64,000 nucleotides of DNA from Pseudomonadota bacterium (GTDB taxonomy: Bacteria > Bdellovibrionota_B > Oligoflexia > Silvanigrellales > Silvanigrellaceae). A program made the position numbers and the translations under genes. Each line of letters opens with the position of its first letter. The stretch's first letter is position 1. Under the pieces are notes generated by a model. It was not told where the DNA came from. It did no database searches and worked only from the letters and a program-made list of their open reading frames with translations. Shown here one piece after another: positions 1-9,215 of this stretch. The stretch lies in contig JBDLRP010000021.1 of NCBI GenBank assembly GCA_039799905.1, forward strand, positions 32,001-96,000, read 5' to 3'.

Positions 1-639
1 AACGTGCGCATCCGACAGCATCTTTGTGTTTCCCACTTTGCACGCCTGCAGTACGGGATGCATCTTGCCAGTAAAATCTTGAAACAGCCTTCCGTGGCGG
101 GAACCATTTCCAAGACTGGCAACAAAGACTTCATCAAGGGCTGGTAGAGCAACAATACCAAGCACAGGCCGTCCGTTTTGAACCAGCGCGAGAAGTGTCG
201 ACCATTGCGGAATATGCGAAAGAAAATTGATGGTGCCGTCGATCGGATCCAAAATCCAATAGGTGTCCTGATCCAAATTCAAGGTGGATTGCGGCCGGTC
301 ATTGAGGTCCATCTCGAACTCAAGCAGGCCTTCGCCTGACGACGAACGATTTTGCGTCTGAAGCGTGCTGCCTGCCGACATATGATCGCCCAGACGGGCC
401 AAGGCACCGAATTCCTCGCCAACAAACCCGAATTCCGGAGTCACGTCCGCCAACAGTTCGCGCACTCTGGACTCAATGCTTTTATCTGCATCGCTCACTA
501 AACTGCCGTCGGCTTTTTGAACAGCTGTCAAAGATCTGCGGAAGAACGACAGCGCCAGCTGAGCGGCTTCGGTCATCACAAGAAGAGCCTTCCGCTCGAG
601 CGTCTGCAATGTCTCAGCGTTCAAATGCTCGGCACTCAT
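1..639 (-). CDS. Inositol monophosphatase family protein (HisN/SuhB-like), 3' end runs off the window
   Basis: Manual translation from ATG at 639 with AGGAGG RBS: MSAEHLNAE...KADGSLVSDAD...FVGEE...YWILDPIDGTINF; DPIDGT metal-binding motif of the IMPase family. Confidence 0.88.
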   Translation of the reverse strand, partial: MSAEHLNAETLQTLERKALLVMTEAAQLALSFFRRSLTAVQKADGSLVSDADKSIESRVRELLADVTPEFGFVGEEFGALARLGDHMSAGSTLQTQNRSSSGEGLLEFEMDLNDRPQSTLNLDQDTYWILDPIDGTINFLSHIPQWSTLLALVQNGRPVLGIVALPALDEVFVASLGNGSRHGRLFQDFTGKMHPVLQACKVGNTKMLSDAHV

Positions 640-661
640 GCCTGCCTCCTTCGCAAATTTG

Positions 662-725
662 ACAATTCGAACAAAAATGAAGCGACCCGCGCGATATTAC
701 AGCCGCTGAGTCATTTTGGATACAT
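662..725 (+). repeat. Direct repeat copy 1 (about 63 bp imperfect, 26 bp exact core at 700-725)
   Basis: CAGCCGCTGAGTCATTTTGGATACAT at 700-725 is identical to 2008-2033; upstream ACAATTCGAACAAAAATGAAGC matches ACAATCGAACAAAAATTAAGC. Confidence 0.9.
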
Positions 726-854
726 CGGAACACGTCTCCGATGAAACACACCGGCTGTAGGCACGACGTCCAGAACCAAACAATCGCTCAAAAAAGCACT
801 TTGAAAAATAAGTGTCTCATTTCGCAAATTTAAGAGAAAAGCCCAAACACTCAC

Positions 855-1688
855 TCAGTCGCTAGTCACGGCCGAGCCGAGCGACAGCGTTCCTGAGGGA
901 ACTGCGCGCAATTTTTTAATCTCTACAGCTGAATGACCATAGACCAGCGTCCGTAACTCACCCAGCAGACCGTCTGGGAGCACATTAAGAACTCTCGTGA
1001 TGCGCCCTCCCGACTCCGAGTCGAGTACTAGATTCTCAGTAAAAGTAAACTCTCTCTCAGACAGTAATGACGAAACATTGCCCGTGAATTTTAAGGTTAC
1101 AGAATCCGTCAAGTCTGAAAGTGAAAAACTCGTAATCTGTGTCTCGTAGAATTTTTTTTCCACCTCTCGAACATGTCTCTGATAGCAAGGAGATTCCGGA
1201 GGAATATCAATTGGGAATTGTGTTTCCCGTTTCGTGTGGATGTTTTTCGCAGTCACGACAATCACTCTGTCAGAAATGGACCGTGCTGACACAAAATCAC
1301 CCGTCAGTTCTGTTGAGCCTATTTTCCTTGGCAGCGAAGGAACATGCATCTCATATAAACTAAGCTCATTTGTCGCAAAAACGACAAGATTTTTTCCGGC
1401 AGAAAGAAGTTTAATATTTTCACCGCCGTGTTTTTCTTTGCTTATGAGACGCCGAGTCACTGAATCATAAACAAGAAGCCATTTGCCATCGGACTGATAA
1501 ATCAAACCGTCACTCTCGAAACTATTGACCGCCGCATTCATCGTCTGCGTATTAGGATAATGACTCTCACCCAAGCCACCTCTGAAGGCTTTATCACAGA
1601 CAGTTGTTTTATCCCTGTCATCCTTCCATCCACAGCCGGCAAGAAAAAAAAAGGCGCACACAAAACTGATTGCAGGACGAATCGCCAT
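855..1688 (-). CDS. Lipoprotein, similar to the N-terminal part of secreted beta-propeller domain proteins
   Basis: Lipobox FLAGC; segment NTQ...ESDGLIYQSDGKWLLV resembles the NxQxxGVDExDIVKTDG start of the Beta_propel family; beta-strand rich. Confidence 0.6.
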   Translation of the reverse strand: MAIRPAISFVCAFFFLAGCGWKDDRDKTTVCDKAFRGGLGESHYPNTQTMNAAVNSFESDGLIYQSDGKWLLVYDSVTRRLISKEKHGGENIKLLSAGKNLVVFATNELSLYEMHVPSLPRKIGSTELTGDFVSARSISDRVIVVTAKNIHTKRETQFPIDIPPESPCYQRHVREVEKKFYETQITSFSLSDLTDSVTLKFTGNVSSLLSEREFTFTENLVLDSESGGRITRVLNVLPDGLLGELRTLVYGHSAVEIKKLRAVPSGTLSLGSAVTSD

Positions 1689-1732
1689 GTGACCAGACCT
1701 CCGCAGTGATTACTCCAGTCTACCCATATCTA

Positions 1733-1759
1733 TTATCGGTCTGTATACGCTTAACTTTA
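1733..1759 (-). promoter_or_regulatory. Sigma28 (FliA)-like promoter for 855..1688
   Basis: Minus strand TAAA-N15-ACCGATAA versus consensus TAAA-N15-GCCGATAA, 45 bp upstream of the ATG. Confidence 0.7.
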
Positions 1760-1971
1760 AATAAATCTTTTTATTTTGCTTTTAAAATGAATAACAATTC
1801 AAAAATTTATTTGTATATCTGTATACAAAAAAACCGTTCTGCATATTTGGAATCAGCGCGACTGGAACTGAATAATTCTCGACAAAACAAAACCGGTATC
1901 GCATTCCCTGCTCCTACGCGCCCGACTGAATTAAAATTCAAGAGAACCTGAGATGAGAGCCGCTTATATCC

Positions 1972-2033
1972 ACAATCGAACAAAAATTAAGCATCCTAAA
2001 ACTGCCGCAGCCGCTGAGTCATTTTGGATACAT
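1972..2033 (+). repeat. Direct repeat copy 2 (26 bp exact core at 2008-2033)
   Basis: Matches 662-725. Confidence 0.9.
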
Positions 2034-2097
2034 GTGAAAGAGGATCGATTCGGGGTATGATCTTCCCCAAGACTGGCTGAGATTTGAAGGAGCGTCT

Positions 2098-3312
2098 GTG
2101 TTGAAACTGCGCATGTTTGGAGCAACTGATAAAGGCCTCGTGCGCGCCCTGAATCAGGATGCCTACACATGTGATGCGAGCCGCGGCCTTGTGGTGGTGT
2201 CGGACGGAATGGGAGGACACGCGGCTGGAGAAATTGCCAGTCACATGGTGGTGGAAGGCCTCTCCGACGCACTCGCCTCAGTGACACAATTCACCGCACA
2301 AGATTTACCTCTGCGCATCGACGAGACAATTCAAAAGGTCAACACCAAAATCATCATGAAGAGTCAGGAAGATTCATCCTGCCGCGGCATGGGTGCGACA
2401 GTAAACGTGCTCTGCTTTGCTCACGGCTTCGTCACTATTGGACATGTCGGCGACTCGCGCACTTACCTAATCCGAGCGTTCAAAACGCAAGACAACAAAC
2501 CGCGGTTTGCCATGTGGCCTATCACCATCGACCACAACCTGGGAACCTTTATTGAACGCGGAATTCTTACAGCTCCCAACAACACTCCAGAATCCTCACT
2601 TTCAGCGCGCGACAGGTCAAAGCTCACGCGCGGGATGGGTGTCATGGATGACCCAAAGCCAGACATCTACACCCGTAGAATTGAAGTGGGCGACGTGTTC
2701 CTCACCTGCAGTGACGGTCTGCATGGCTTCGCAAGCGACAAGGATGTATTGAGAACAATCGTCACAGGAAATGTTGTCGAGGCCCCGCAGCGTCTCATCG
2801 AATTGGCCAAGTCAGCAGGTGCTCCGGACAATGTGACCGTCGTGCTTTCTGTTGTCAGCGATCTTGAAGAGCCGTTTAGAGAGTTCACAGGCCCGACCTA
2901 TGCAACCCGGCCCTATCTCTTGCGCCTTCCGAACGGTGAAATTCAGGGCCCCATGACTGTTGCACAGATCGCCGACCTTTGGGTCCGTCGCGCCATCCCT
3001 GGTGAAACCGAAGTCGCCGCAGGGCTCGGACCCTGGCTCCTGCTGCGCAATAAATCTATGGTTCTACAAGTCTACACAGACTTTCAAACTGAGCCATACA
3101 ATGGCTACATTTACTATGAATCGAGCGTCCAGACCGATTACGAAAACGCACCCGAAACGGTCTCCTCTCCCGGCGCACCGGTCGCAAAGAATTCAACTGG
3201 CAATAAACCGCTGCTGATGATTGCTGCGGCGGGCTTCGCAGTTGTCTCTCTCGCAGTGTTATTTGCAGTATTCATGATCGACTTCGATTCTATCGTCTTG
3301 CCAGCCTACTGA
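2098..3312 (+). CDS. PP2C-family Ser/Thr protein phosphatase with GYF-like domain and C-terminal TM anchor
   Basis: Motifs RALNQD, DGMGGH, GHVGDSR, CSDGL, DNVT; then YLLRLPNGEIQGPMT...W (GYF_2-like) and hydrophobic C-terminal helix. Confidence 0.88.
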   Translation: MLKLRMFGATDKGLVRALNQDAYTCDASRGLVVVSDGMGGHAAGEIASHMVVEGLSDALASVTQFTAQDLPLRIDETIQKVNTKIIMKSQEDSSCRGMGATVNVLCFAHGFVTIGHVGDSRTYLIRAFKTQDNKPRFAMWPITIDHNLGTFIERGILTAPNNTPESSLSARDRSKLTRGMGVMDDPKPDIYTRRIEVGDVFLTCSDGLHGFASDKDVLRTIVTGNVVEAPQRLIELAKSAGAPDNVTVVLSVVSDLEEPFREFTGPTYATRPYLLRLPNGEIQGPMTVAQIADLWVRRAIPGETEVAAGLGPWLLLRNKSMVLQVYTDFQTEPYNGYIYYESSVQTDYENAPETVSSPGAPVAKNSTGNKPLLMIAAAGFAVVSLAVLFAVFMIDFDSIVLPAY

Positions 3313-3385
3313 CACACTGCAGGCAAAGACCTGCAGTGTGCTCTCTAATCTTCCGAAATCCTTGGAAGAAGGGGAGTGATTTACC

Positions 3386-4816
3386 TTGAACCTCTTGCGC
3401 AACATTATGCTTGTTTTGATGGTGCTGGGATTTTTTTTCAAAATCCCAACGGCGTCAGCTGTGCAAAATTTTCCGCACAAGAACGGACGAGTGACCGGTC
3501 CGATATCGTCGGCTGCGCTCGATAAACTAACACTCACGCTTATCGACCGATTGCCAACTGAACCGGAACGCGAATTTGTCCGGTCACGCGGGGCTGCAGG
3601 CGCATACGAATTTGCAAGTCACCTGATCCGGACACGCGAATTTTTCGACAGACTGAGTCTTTACTGGCAGTCGCATCTGACACAATCGCCGGCGTGGTTG
3701 TGGGAAAGCAGTGCAGATTCCCGCTGGCACAGACACTTTCTGACTTCCGACAACGTCGAATTTAAACCCATTTACTTTATCCAATTGAACGAATCGCGTG
3801 GCAGTGAAACTGTCTGCTCAGGAGCCTGGACGATTCTGCGCGACAACAAACCACAGATGTGTAATTGCGATGACACAGCAGACGTCATTCCACACTGGGA
3901 TTCATCGTCCTCGATGAGAGTTTGTCCTGTGGCACGCGAGGAAGAAAACTGTGGTCCTGCGTTGCAAAAATGTCTGCCGGTGGACGCCCGACTTCATTCT
4001 CAGATGCGCAACCTGCACATCGACAGAGAATCTGCCGGCGGACGCGCCATCACCCGTATGCTCAACGACTTAAACCTCGTGCAAAGCCGTTCAATCGCTC
4101 TGGCAATTTTTACACAACGCAAATGGGGACAAATAACAGAGCCTGCCAGCACACTACTCTCTCGCAGCAGCGTCGATCTTCTGAAGAAATGGAGTTCTGC
4201 CAATAATACGAGTCCCGCAGCTGCCATCGCCCAGTTGCTGCGCACAAATGAAATCTCGGCTACGGCAAGAAACCTGTTTGTACCGCCGATAGTTGCACCC
4301 CGTGGCCGAATGGCGCGGCCGATAGCGGAAACACCGGCGGAGGAGCTGCTGATAACTCCCCAGATTGAGAACAAAGTGCTGATGCAACCCCTACGGCAGA
4401 CGCATCTCACCTCCGATGTCTGGGCTTGGAATGCCAATCTTATTCTGAACTGTCAGGTACCGCATTTTTCACCACAACTCTTCCAACTGCCGCTGCCGAA
4501 TCCAGAACACGCTCGGGATGGAGCGTATTTCTGCACGAGCTGTCATCTTTCATTGGACAAATTCATCAGTGAACACAGGGCTCGCAAAAAACTCGCCGCA
4601 GACCTCCGAACACTCGGTGTCGCGGTCAGCAGCAACAGCCGCACCTGCGCCGTCGAACATGCACTGCACTTTCTGCTTGGCTACCGTCCATCGAGTGAGA
4701 ACCAGTCAGACCTGATTAAATTTGGCGAGCTATACTTCCAGCAAAATGGCGAGCAGTTGGGCCAGACAATCAGGGATCTCGCGCTGAGAATAGCACGACG
4801 GGGAGACGGCGAATGA
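3386..4816 (+). CDS. Secreted Cys-rich protein with single CxxCH motif (DUF1549/DUF1585-like)
   Basis: Signal peptide; LTLTLIDRLPT..E helix; CTSCHLSLD; C-terminal CAVEHALHFLLGYRP segment. Confidence 0.6.
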   Translation: MNLLRNIMLVLMVLGFFFKIPTASAVQNFPHKNGRVTGPISSAALDKLTLTLIDRLPTEPEREFVRSRGAAGAYEFASHLIRTREFFDRLSLYWQSHLTQSPAWLWESSADSRWHRHFLTSDNVEFKPIYFIQLNESRGSETVCSGAWTILRDNKPQMCNCDDTADVIPHWDSSSSMRVCPVAREEENCGPALQKCLPVDARLHSQMRNLHIDRESAGGRAITRMLNDLNLVQSRSIALAIFTQRKWGQITEPASTLLSRSSVDLLKKWSSANNTSPAAAIAQLLRTNEISATARNLFVPPIVAPRGRMARPIAETPAEELLITPQIENKVLMQPLRQTHLTSDVWAWNANLILNCQVPHFSPQLFQLPLPNPEHARDGAYFCTSCHLSLDKFISEHRARKKLAADLRTLGVAVSSNSRTCAVEHALHFLLGYRPSSENQSDLIKFGELYFQQNGEQLGQTIRDLALRIARRGDGE

Positions 4817-5721
4817 TGGCCAAACTCTCCCAATTTCTGAACAGATTTGGAAAAAAGAACGCGATCACCTTTTCGACACTGCTGACCTTGGCGCTTGTTG
4901 GGATCGCACTTCGGGCGCGCGCAGAGAACAAAAACAACAAGCAGAAAGACACCGCCTCGAAGGCGGTCCATGCACTGAACGAAAAAATTATCTCTACCCG
5001 CAGTCGGAGCGGCGTATTTGATGAATCAAAGGCTATCAACGAATGGCGGGCTTTCTCCATTTATCATCCAAACTCAGGCCTCAGCGAAGACTCACTCTTT
5101 AAAAACTTTAAAAAACGTTCGGTTTCTGTGGACGACCCCATGAACAAAGATGCTGGACAATCAACAGCCGAAGCAACAACGCAGGTCTTGGGTGCCCGTT
5201 CACTTATTCCAATCCTGCGTGCGACATTCGGCGATCAGGTGCGAGGAAACACGGAGTTCGAGCGCGACCCTTGGTTTTTGTCGCATCCTTCTGCTCTGTT
5301 TAATCCCTCACAAATGAAAGCACTGTGTGACAGGGACAATGAATCCGAAATGGATGGTGACAATGACCTCTGCTGGAAACCTTCACTGACGGACGAGTAC
5401 CTCAGCACACTGACCGATTTTGCCAGTGATGCCTGTCCACAACTTGTCTTCCGCGAAACGCAGCAACCAAACAAACTGCTCAACAAACTCGTCCGCAGTG
5501 CAGATTTCAGAGAGCAGAATATCAGACACTTCGCCGTTCATTCGCTGAGAATTCCCGTTGAAAAAGTCACTGATGAATGGATTGTCGACCTGCTAGATGA
5601 AAGCAGGCGTGCGGCTGGAATAAGCGAGAATCAAGAAAGAGTACCTGAACTGACTGAAGAAGACCTGTACGCACTGGCTTGTCAGGCAATGCTGCTGTCA
5701 AGAGAATTCTACTCGCGCTAA
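4813..5721 (+). CDS. Exported hypothetical protein, partner of the CxxCH protein
   Basis: ATGA overlap with upstream gene; N-terminal hydrophobic helix; C-terminal ACQAMLLSREF. Confidence 0.6.
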   Translation: MMAKLSQFLNRFGKKNAITFSTLLTLALVGIALRARAENKNNKQKDTASKAVHALNEKIISTRSRSGVFDESKAINEWRAFSIYHPNSGLSEDSLFKNFKKRSVSVDDPMNKDAGQSTAEATTQVLGARSLIPILRATFGDQVRGNTEFERDPWFLSHPSALFNPSQMKALCDRDNESEMDGDNDLCWKPSLTDEYLSTLTDFASDACPQLVFRETQQPNKLLNKLVRSADFREQNIRHFAVHSLRIPVEKVTDEWIVDLLDESRRAAGISENQERVPELTEEDLYALACQAMLLSREFYSR

Positions 5722-6392
5722 ATCGACATCATGCGGCGAAATTCCGTTTGCGGCCAAACCTCAAAATCAATCTGAAATTCGTTATTTCTGTAGAAAAGAA
5801 GAATGTCTGCAGGAGAGGAAACCTCTGCAGGCTTTCCAGTAAGCGCTGCGGTCCACAGATCGCCAAGCGACCATCCCTGATCTGACTCGACGTAAGCTGC
5901 ATGCTGATGTTCAATCAACAAACTCAACGATTCCTTTTTGTCACGAGACAATTGCGCCAACTCAGGATTCCACGGCGCCGACGACAACTTCCAGCACGCC
6001 ACTCCGCAGCGCATCAGTGTTTCCAATTGAGAGACGTTCTGATGTGTGTCTTTCTTTTTTCCGATGAATTCCAAAAATTGGAGAGCAGATATTTCTGCAT
6101 TGACGCAACTGAGCCGCGACTGCTCGAGAAAATCCAACGCAAGCCTGGCCAGCTCGCGCACACCCATCCATCGAGCTGCCTGCGAAAAATAATTCTCCAG
6201 CCAGAACAGAACCAGATGATATTGAGAATGTTGATGATGATAAGCGAGGCTCTGAGTCTGATTGTGCGGTACGACGTGTATCAGCGAGTCGGCCCAGTGC
6301 GGACTGTTTTTCTCGCGCGAGAGAAATGCTTCAAGAATAAGGCTTTCAAAACCCAAATGAGTTGCGCCGACATTCGAGGATTGCTGAGCCAT
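5718..6392 (-). CDS. DUF2063-like partner protein of DUF692 (degenerate)
   Basis: Starts 1 nt after the DUF692 stop; LENYFSQAARWMG...LALDFL...FLEFI follows the DUF2063 pattern. Confidence 0.6.
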   Translation of the reverse strand: MAQQSSNVGATHLGFESLILEAFLSREKNSPHWADSLIHVVPHNQTQSLAYHHQHSQYHLVLFWLENYFSQAARWMGVRELARLALDFLEQSRLSCVNAEISALQFLEFIGKKKDTHQNVSQLETLMRCGVACWKLSSAPWNPELAQLSRDKKESLSLLIEHQHAAYVESDQGWSLGDLWTAALTGKPAEVSSPADILLFYRNNEFQIDFEVWPQTEFRRMMSI

Positions 6393-6393
6393 T

Positions 6394-7284
6394 TTAAATT
6401 TCTCCCAACCGCTTGAGCGTGCTCTGACCGTTGAGAATTTCACCCACAAGATCCTGCGCACTGACCAAAGGCTCAAACCATTTCAAAAAAATTGACTTAC
6501 GTTCGCCTTCTGGGAGGGCATGCAAGACGTCCTCGAGGAGAGCCCAGTGGGTGAGCGAGAGACTTCCGCACTCTGCATCAATGTCGCCGTGATTGGACAA
6601 CGCCAGCGCGCCAATCCTGACACTCATCACCTGCCCGAGAGGAAATTTGCCGAGCTCACTCTCAAAATGCAGGCCCTGATGTTGAAGAGTTACAAAATAA
6701 GCCGGAATATCGAAAAATATTTTAGCTCCACTCATTTCGCTCAGGCGCAGCCAAAACTCAGTTTCGCTGAGCGAATCGAACGAATAACGAAACATCGAGG
6801 CAACATTCGTGAGAGCGATCTCACAACCCAGAGCCGACCTCAGTTGCCGGACACGACGGCTCAGGAGTTCAACCATCTCCTGAGTGCGGGGCACGGGAAA
6901 TGGAACCTGCAGTGCATGACCGTGATGAGAACTAAATCCGACGGCAAATGCCACCCACTTCGGTGAGGTCTCTGAAATGCACTCATGCAATTTTGTAATC
7001 AAACCTTCGTCGGGGTCAGTTTCGGAGGCAAGGTTTGTAAGCCTTGAGTGCAAACAAACATCTGTTTTTTGCCCCATTCGCTTAACCCAATGACGGTCTA
7101 GAGAACCTCTTTTTTGCAACAGCAGACGGTCCATGCAGGCTTCGAATGAGGGCAGGTGCGCCGCCTGAGAAAAAAATTCGTACAGATGTGGGAGCAACGG
7201 CAGGCCCCATTTGTGAGAGGCAGCCTCAAAAGGTGTTCCCTGCAACGTCCAGTCGAGCCGCGGCGCTGCGCCAAAATCACTCAT
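6394..7284 (-). CDS. DUF692 (MNIO/UPF0276) family homolog lacking most iron ligands
   Basis: Colinear with DUF692: H..TNLAS..PD, P.P.TQE..ELL..RVRQL...LG, SETEF, ID....LS...WALL. Confidence 0.75.
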   Translation of the reverse strand: MSDFGAAPRLDWTLQGTPFEAASHKWGLPLLPHLYEFFSQAAHLPSFEACMDRLLLQKRGSLDRHWVKRMGQKTDVCLHSRLTNLASETDPDEGLITKLHECISETSPKWVAFAVGFSSHHGHALQVPFPVPRTQEMVELLSRRVRQLRSALGCEIALTNVASMFRYSFDSLSETEFWLRLSEMSGAKIFFDIPAYFVTLQHQGLHFESELGKFPLGQVMSVRIGALALSNHGDIDAECGSLSLTHWALLEDVLHALPEGERKSIFLKWFEPLVSAQDLVGEILNGQSTLKRLGEI

Positions 7285-7326
7285 GCCCCCTCCCAGATGC
7301 AGACAATTTCAACTTCCGGATAATAG

Positions 7327-7413
7327 TGGTGCTCTCAGCCGGAATCGAACCGGCACGGCCTTGCGGCCAACGGATTTTAAGTCCGTTGCGTCTACCTATT
7401 TCGCCATGAGAGC
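7327..7413 (-). tRNA. tRNA-Leu (anticodon TAA)
   Basis: Acceptor stem GCTCTCA/TGAGAGC, anticodon loop CTTAAAA, long variable arm, GGTTCGATTCC T-arm, encoded CCA. Confidence 0.97.
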
Positions 7414-7559
7414 CGAGGCTAAAACAGAACCCAAGCCATATATATCAAGCCGGCAGTCCTCACAAGCTGCCGGAGTCGCAGGCGATTGGTGATTTTCATA
7501 AAAATCGCATATATCGCTCCGGCAGTTGATCCCCAATGCACATTTGAGAGGAGCTCCAC

Positions 7560-8375
7560 ATGACCACGACCCAGGACGTCCTGACCCCTCAGCAAGTCGC
7601 AGAGCAGATCCGCAAAACATATAACCCCGCGTTACTCTCTGGAAAGGTTGCGCTGGTCACCGGAGCCTCGCGCGGTATCGGCCGTTCAATTGCAATTGCA
7701 CTTGGCGCATGCGGAGCACGTGTCATTGTCAACTACGCCGGCAACGCCGCAGCCGCACAAGAGACTGTCGCAGCCATCGAGGCCATCGGCGGACAAGCCC
7801 GCGCCGTCCAATTTGACGTCTCCAACAGCACTCAGGCCGCTGAAGCCATCAAGGCTCTGGAAAAGGAGTTTGGCGGATTCGATGTGCTCGTGAACAACGC
7901 GGGCGTTTCGAAGGACAACCTCTTCATCAAAATGAAGGATGAGGAATGGGATGCAAACATAAACACAAATCTCAAAGGCGCATTCGTCTGCTCACGTGCA
8001 GTAACGATGGGTATGATGCGCAAACGTGCTGGTAAGATTATCAACATCTCATCAGTCATCGGACTCACGGGCAACGTCGGACAAGCAGGGTATGCTGCAA
8101 GTAAAGCGGGTTTGCTGGGACTCACCAAGAGTCTTGCCAAAGAACTCGCGTCCCGGAACATTCAGGTGAACACGATTTGTCCGGGCTACATTACAACCGA
8201 CATGACCAGCGCCCATGGCGACAAACTGATTGAAAACGTGCTCAAGCAAATTCCCATGGAGAGACTGGGCGACCCTGTAGAAATCGCACGCATGGCTGTC
8301 TTTCTCGCGAGTGATGCTTCCAATTATGTTACCGGACAGACTGTTGCCGTCGACGGCGGAATGACCATGATGTAA
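7560..8375 (+). CDS. fabG: 3-oxoacyl-ACP reductase
   Basis: TGASRGIG, NNAG, YAASK, VDGGM; classical SDR. Confidence 0.93.
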   Translation: MTTTQDVLTPQQVAEQIRKTYNPALLSGKVALVTGASRGIGRSIAIALGACGARVIVNYAGNAAAAQETVAAIEAIGGQARAVQFDVSNSTQAAEAIKALEKEFGGFDVLVNNAGVSKDNLFIKMKDEEWDANINTNLKGAFVCSRAVTMGMMRKRAGKIINISSVIGLTGNVGQAGYAASKAGLLGLTKSLAKELASRNIQVNTICPGYITTDMTSAHGDKLIENVLKQIPMERLGDPVEIARMAVFLASDASNYVTGQTVAVDGGMTMM

Positions 8376-9201
8376 CCATTCGTTGCGACAAGACACACAA
8401 TGGCAACAACAATATGATCCAGGCACCCAGTCGAATTTCTTGTTCTTCAGGCAAGAAGGCGGCTGGGTTATCTTTTTTCTCATGAAAAAACTTCCCCGCT
8501 GCTCCCGTGCGTCCAGCTAAACTTCCGCACGGTGCAAAGGGCTGAATCTTTTCACCTGAGATCGGAGGGTACAAACTCAGAACTCCGGCAACATCATCAA
8601 GCCCCAGCGCAACCTCGTTGCGTGGCTGCCAGTAACCCATGATTGCGTCTGGATCAGAATGGTTGTGTCCGAGACCAAGACAGTGACCGAACTCGTGCAC
8701 AAGCACAAAGATAAACGAGGGTATTGAGTCGATGTCGGTTCCGACCTGAATGTCGCAGTCCCGCAGCCGACGACTGTCGTTCTCATCGGGAACCGGATAC
8801 GCAAGTCCGCTGGCCACCGAAGATATCGTCGCTATTCCCACTGAAAAAAGATTGTCATCTGGATTGATAACCCCTTTTCGTTCCGATCCAACCTTCAGCT
8901 GTATCGACAGTTGCGGAACGTCATTCCAGTAGTTCATTGCCCTCTGCACCAACAGGCTGAACACTTCGTCATCAGAATAATCTGAGTAAACACCGTCTTC
9001 GAACGTATCTTTATCGGAAAAAACTGGCGCCTCGCTGGTCAGATGAAATTCCTGAGTGAGGCCTTCTGCGGGTACAAGTTTTGGCCGCAAGGGCGAGAGG
9101 TATACGTACGAAAACGCGGTTTGCGGGATAAAAGTGAGCAATAAAATCAATAATATTGTCCACCTCAGGCCAGACAAGTGACGCCCCCGTGCGCCGGCCA
9201 T
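8329..9201 (-). CDS. Matrixin (M10) family zinc metalloprotease, secreted
   Basis: Signal peptide; HEFGHCLGLGH zinc motif; Met-turn AIM; LGLDDVAG..LYP. Confidence 0.88.
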   Translation of the reverse strand: MAGARGRHLSGLRWTILLILLLTFIPQTAFSYVYLSPLRPKLVPAEGLTQEFHLTSEAPVFSDKDTFEDGVYSDYSDDEVFSLLVQRAMNYWNDVPQLSIQLKVGSERKGVINPDDNLFSVGIATISSVASGLAYPVPDENDSRRLRDCDIQVGTDIDSIPSFIFVLVHEFGHCLGLGHNHSDPDAIMGYWQPRNEVALGLDDVAGVLSLYPPISGEKIQPFAPCGSLAGRTGAAGKFFHEKKDNPAAFLPEEQEIRLGAWIILLLPLCVLSQRMVTSWSFRRRRQQSVR

Positions 9202-9215
9202 GCAGCCGGCAATAT

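Noticed and set aside
7146..7492. Short ORFs upstream of DUF692 as possible RiPP precursor
   Set aside because: They overlap tRNA-Leu and lie on the opposite strand; no signal peptide or repeated Cys motif
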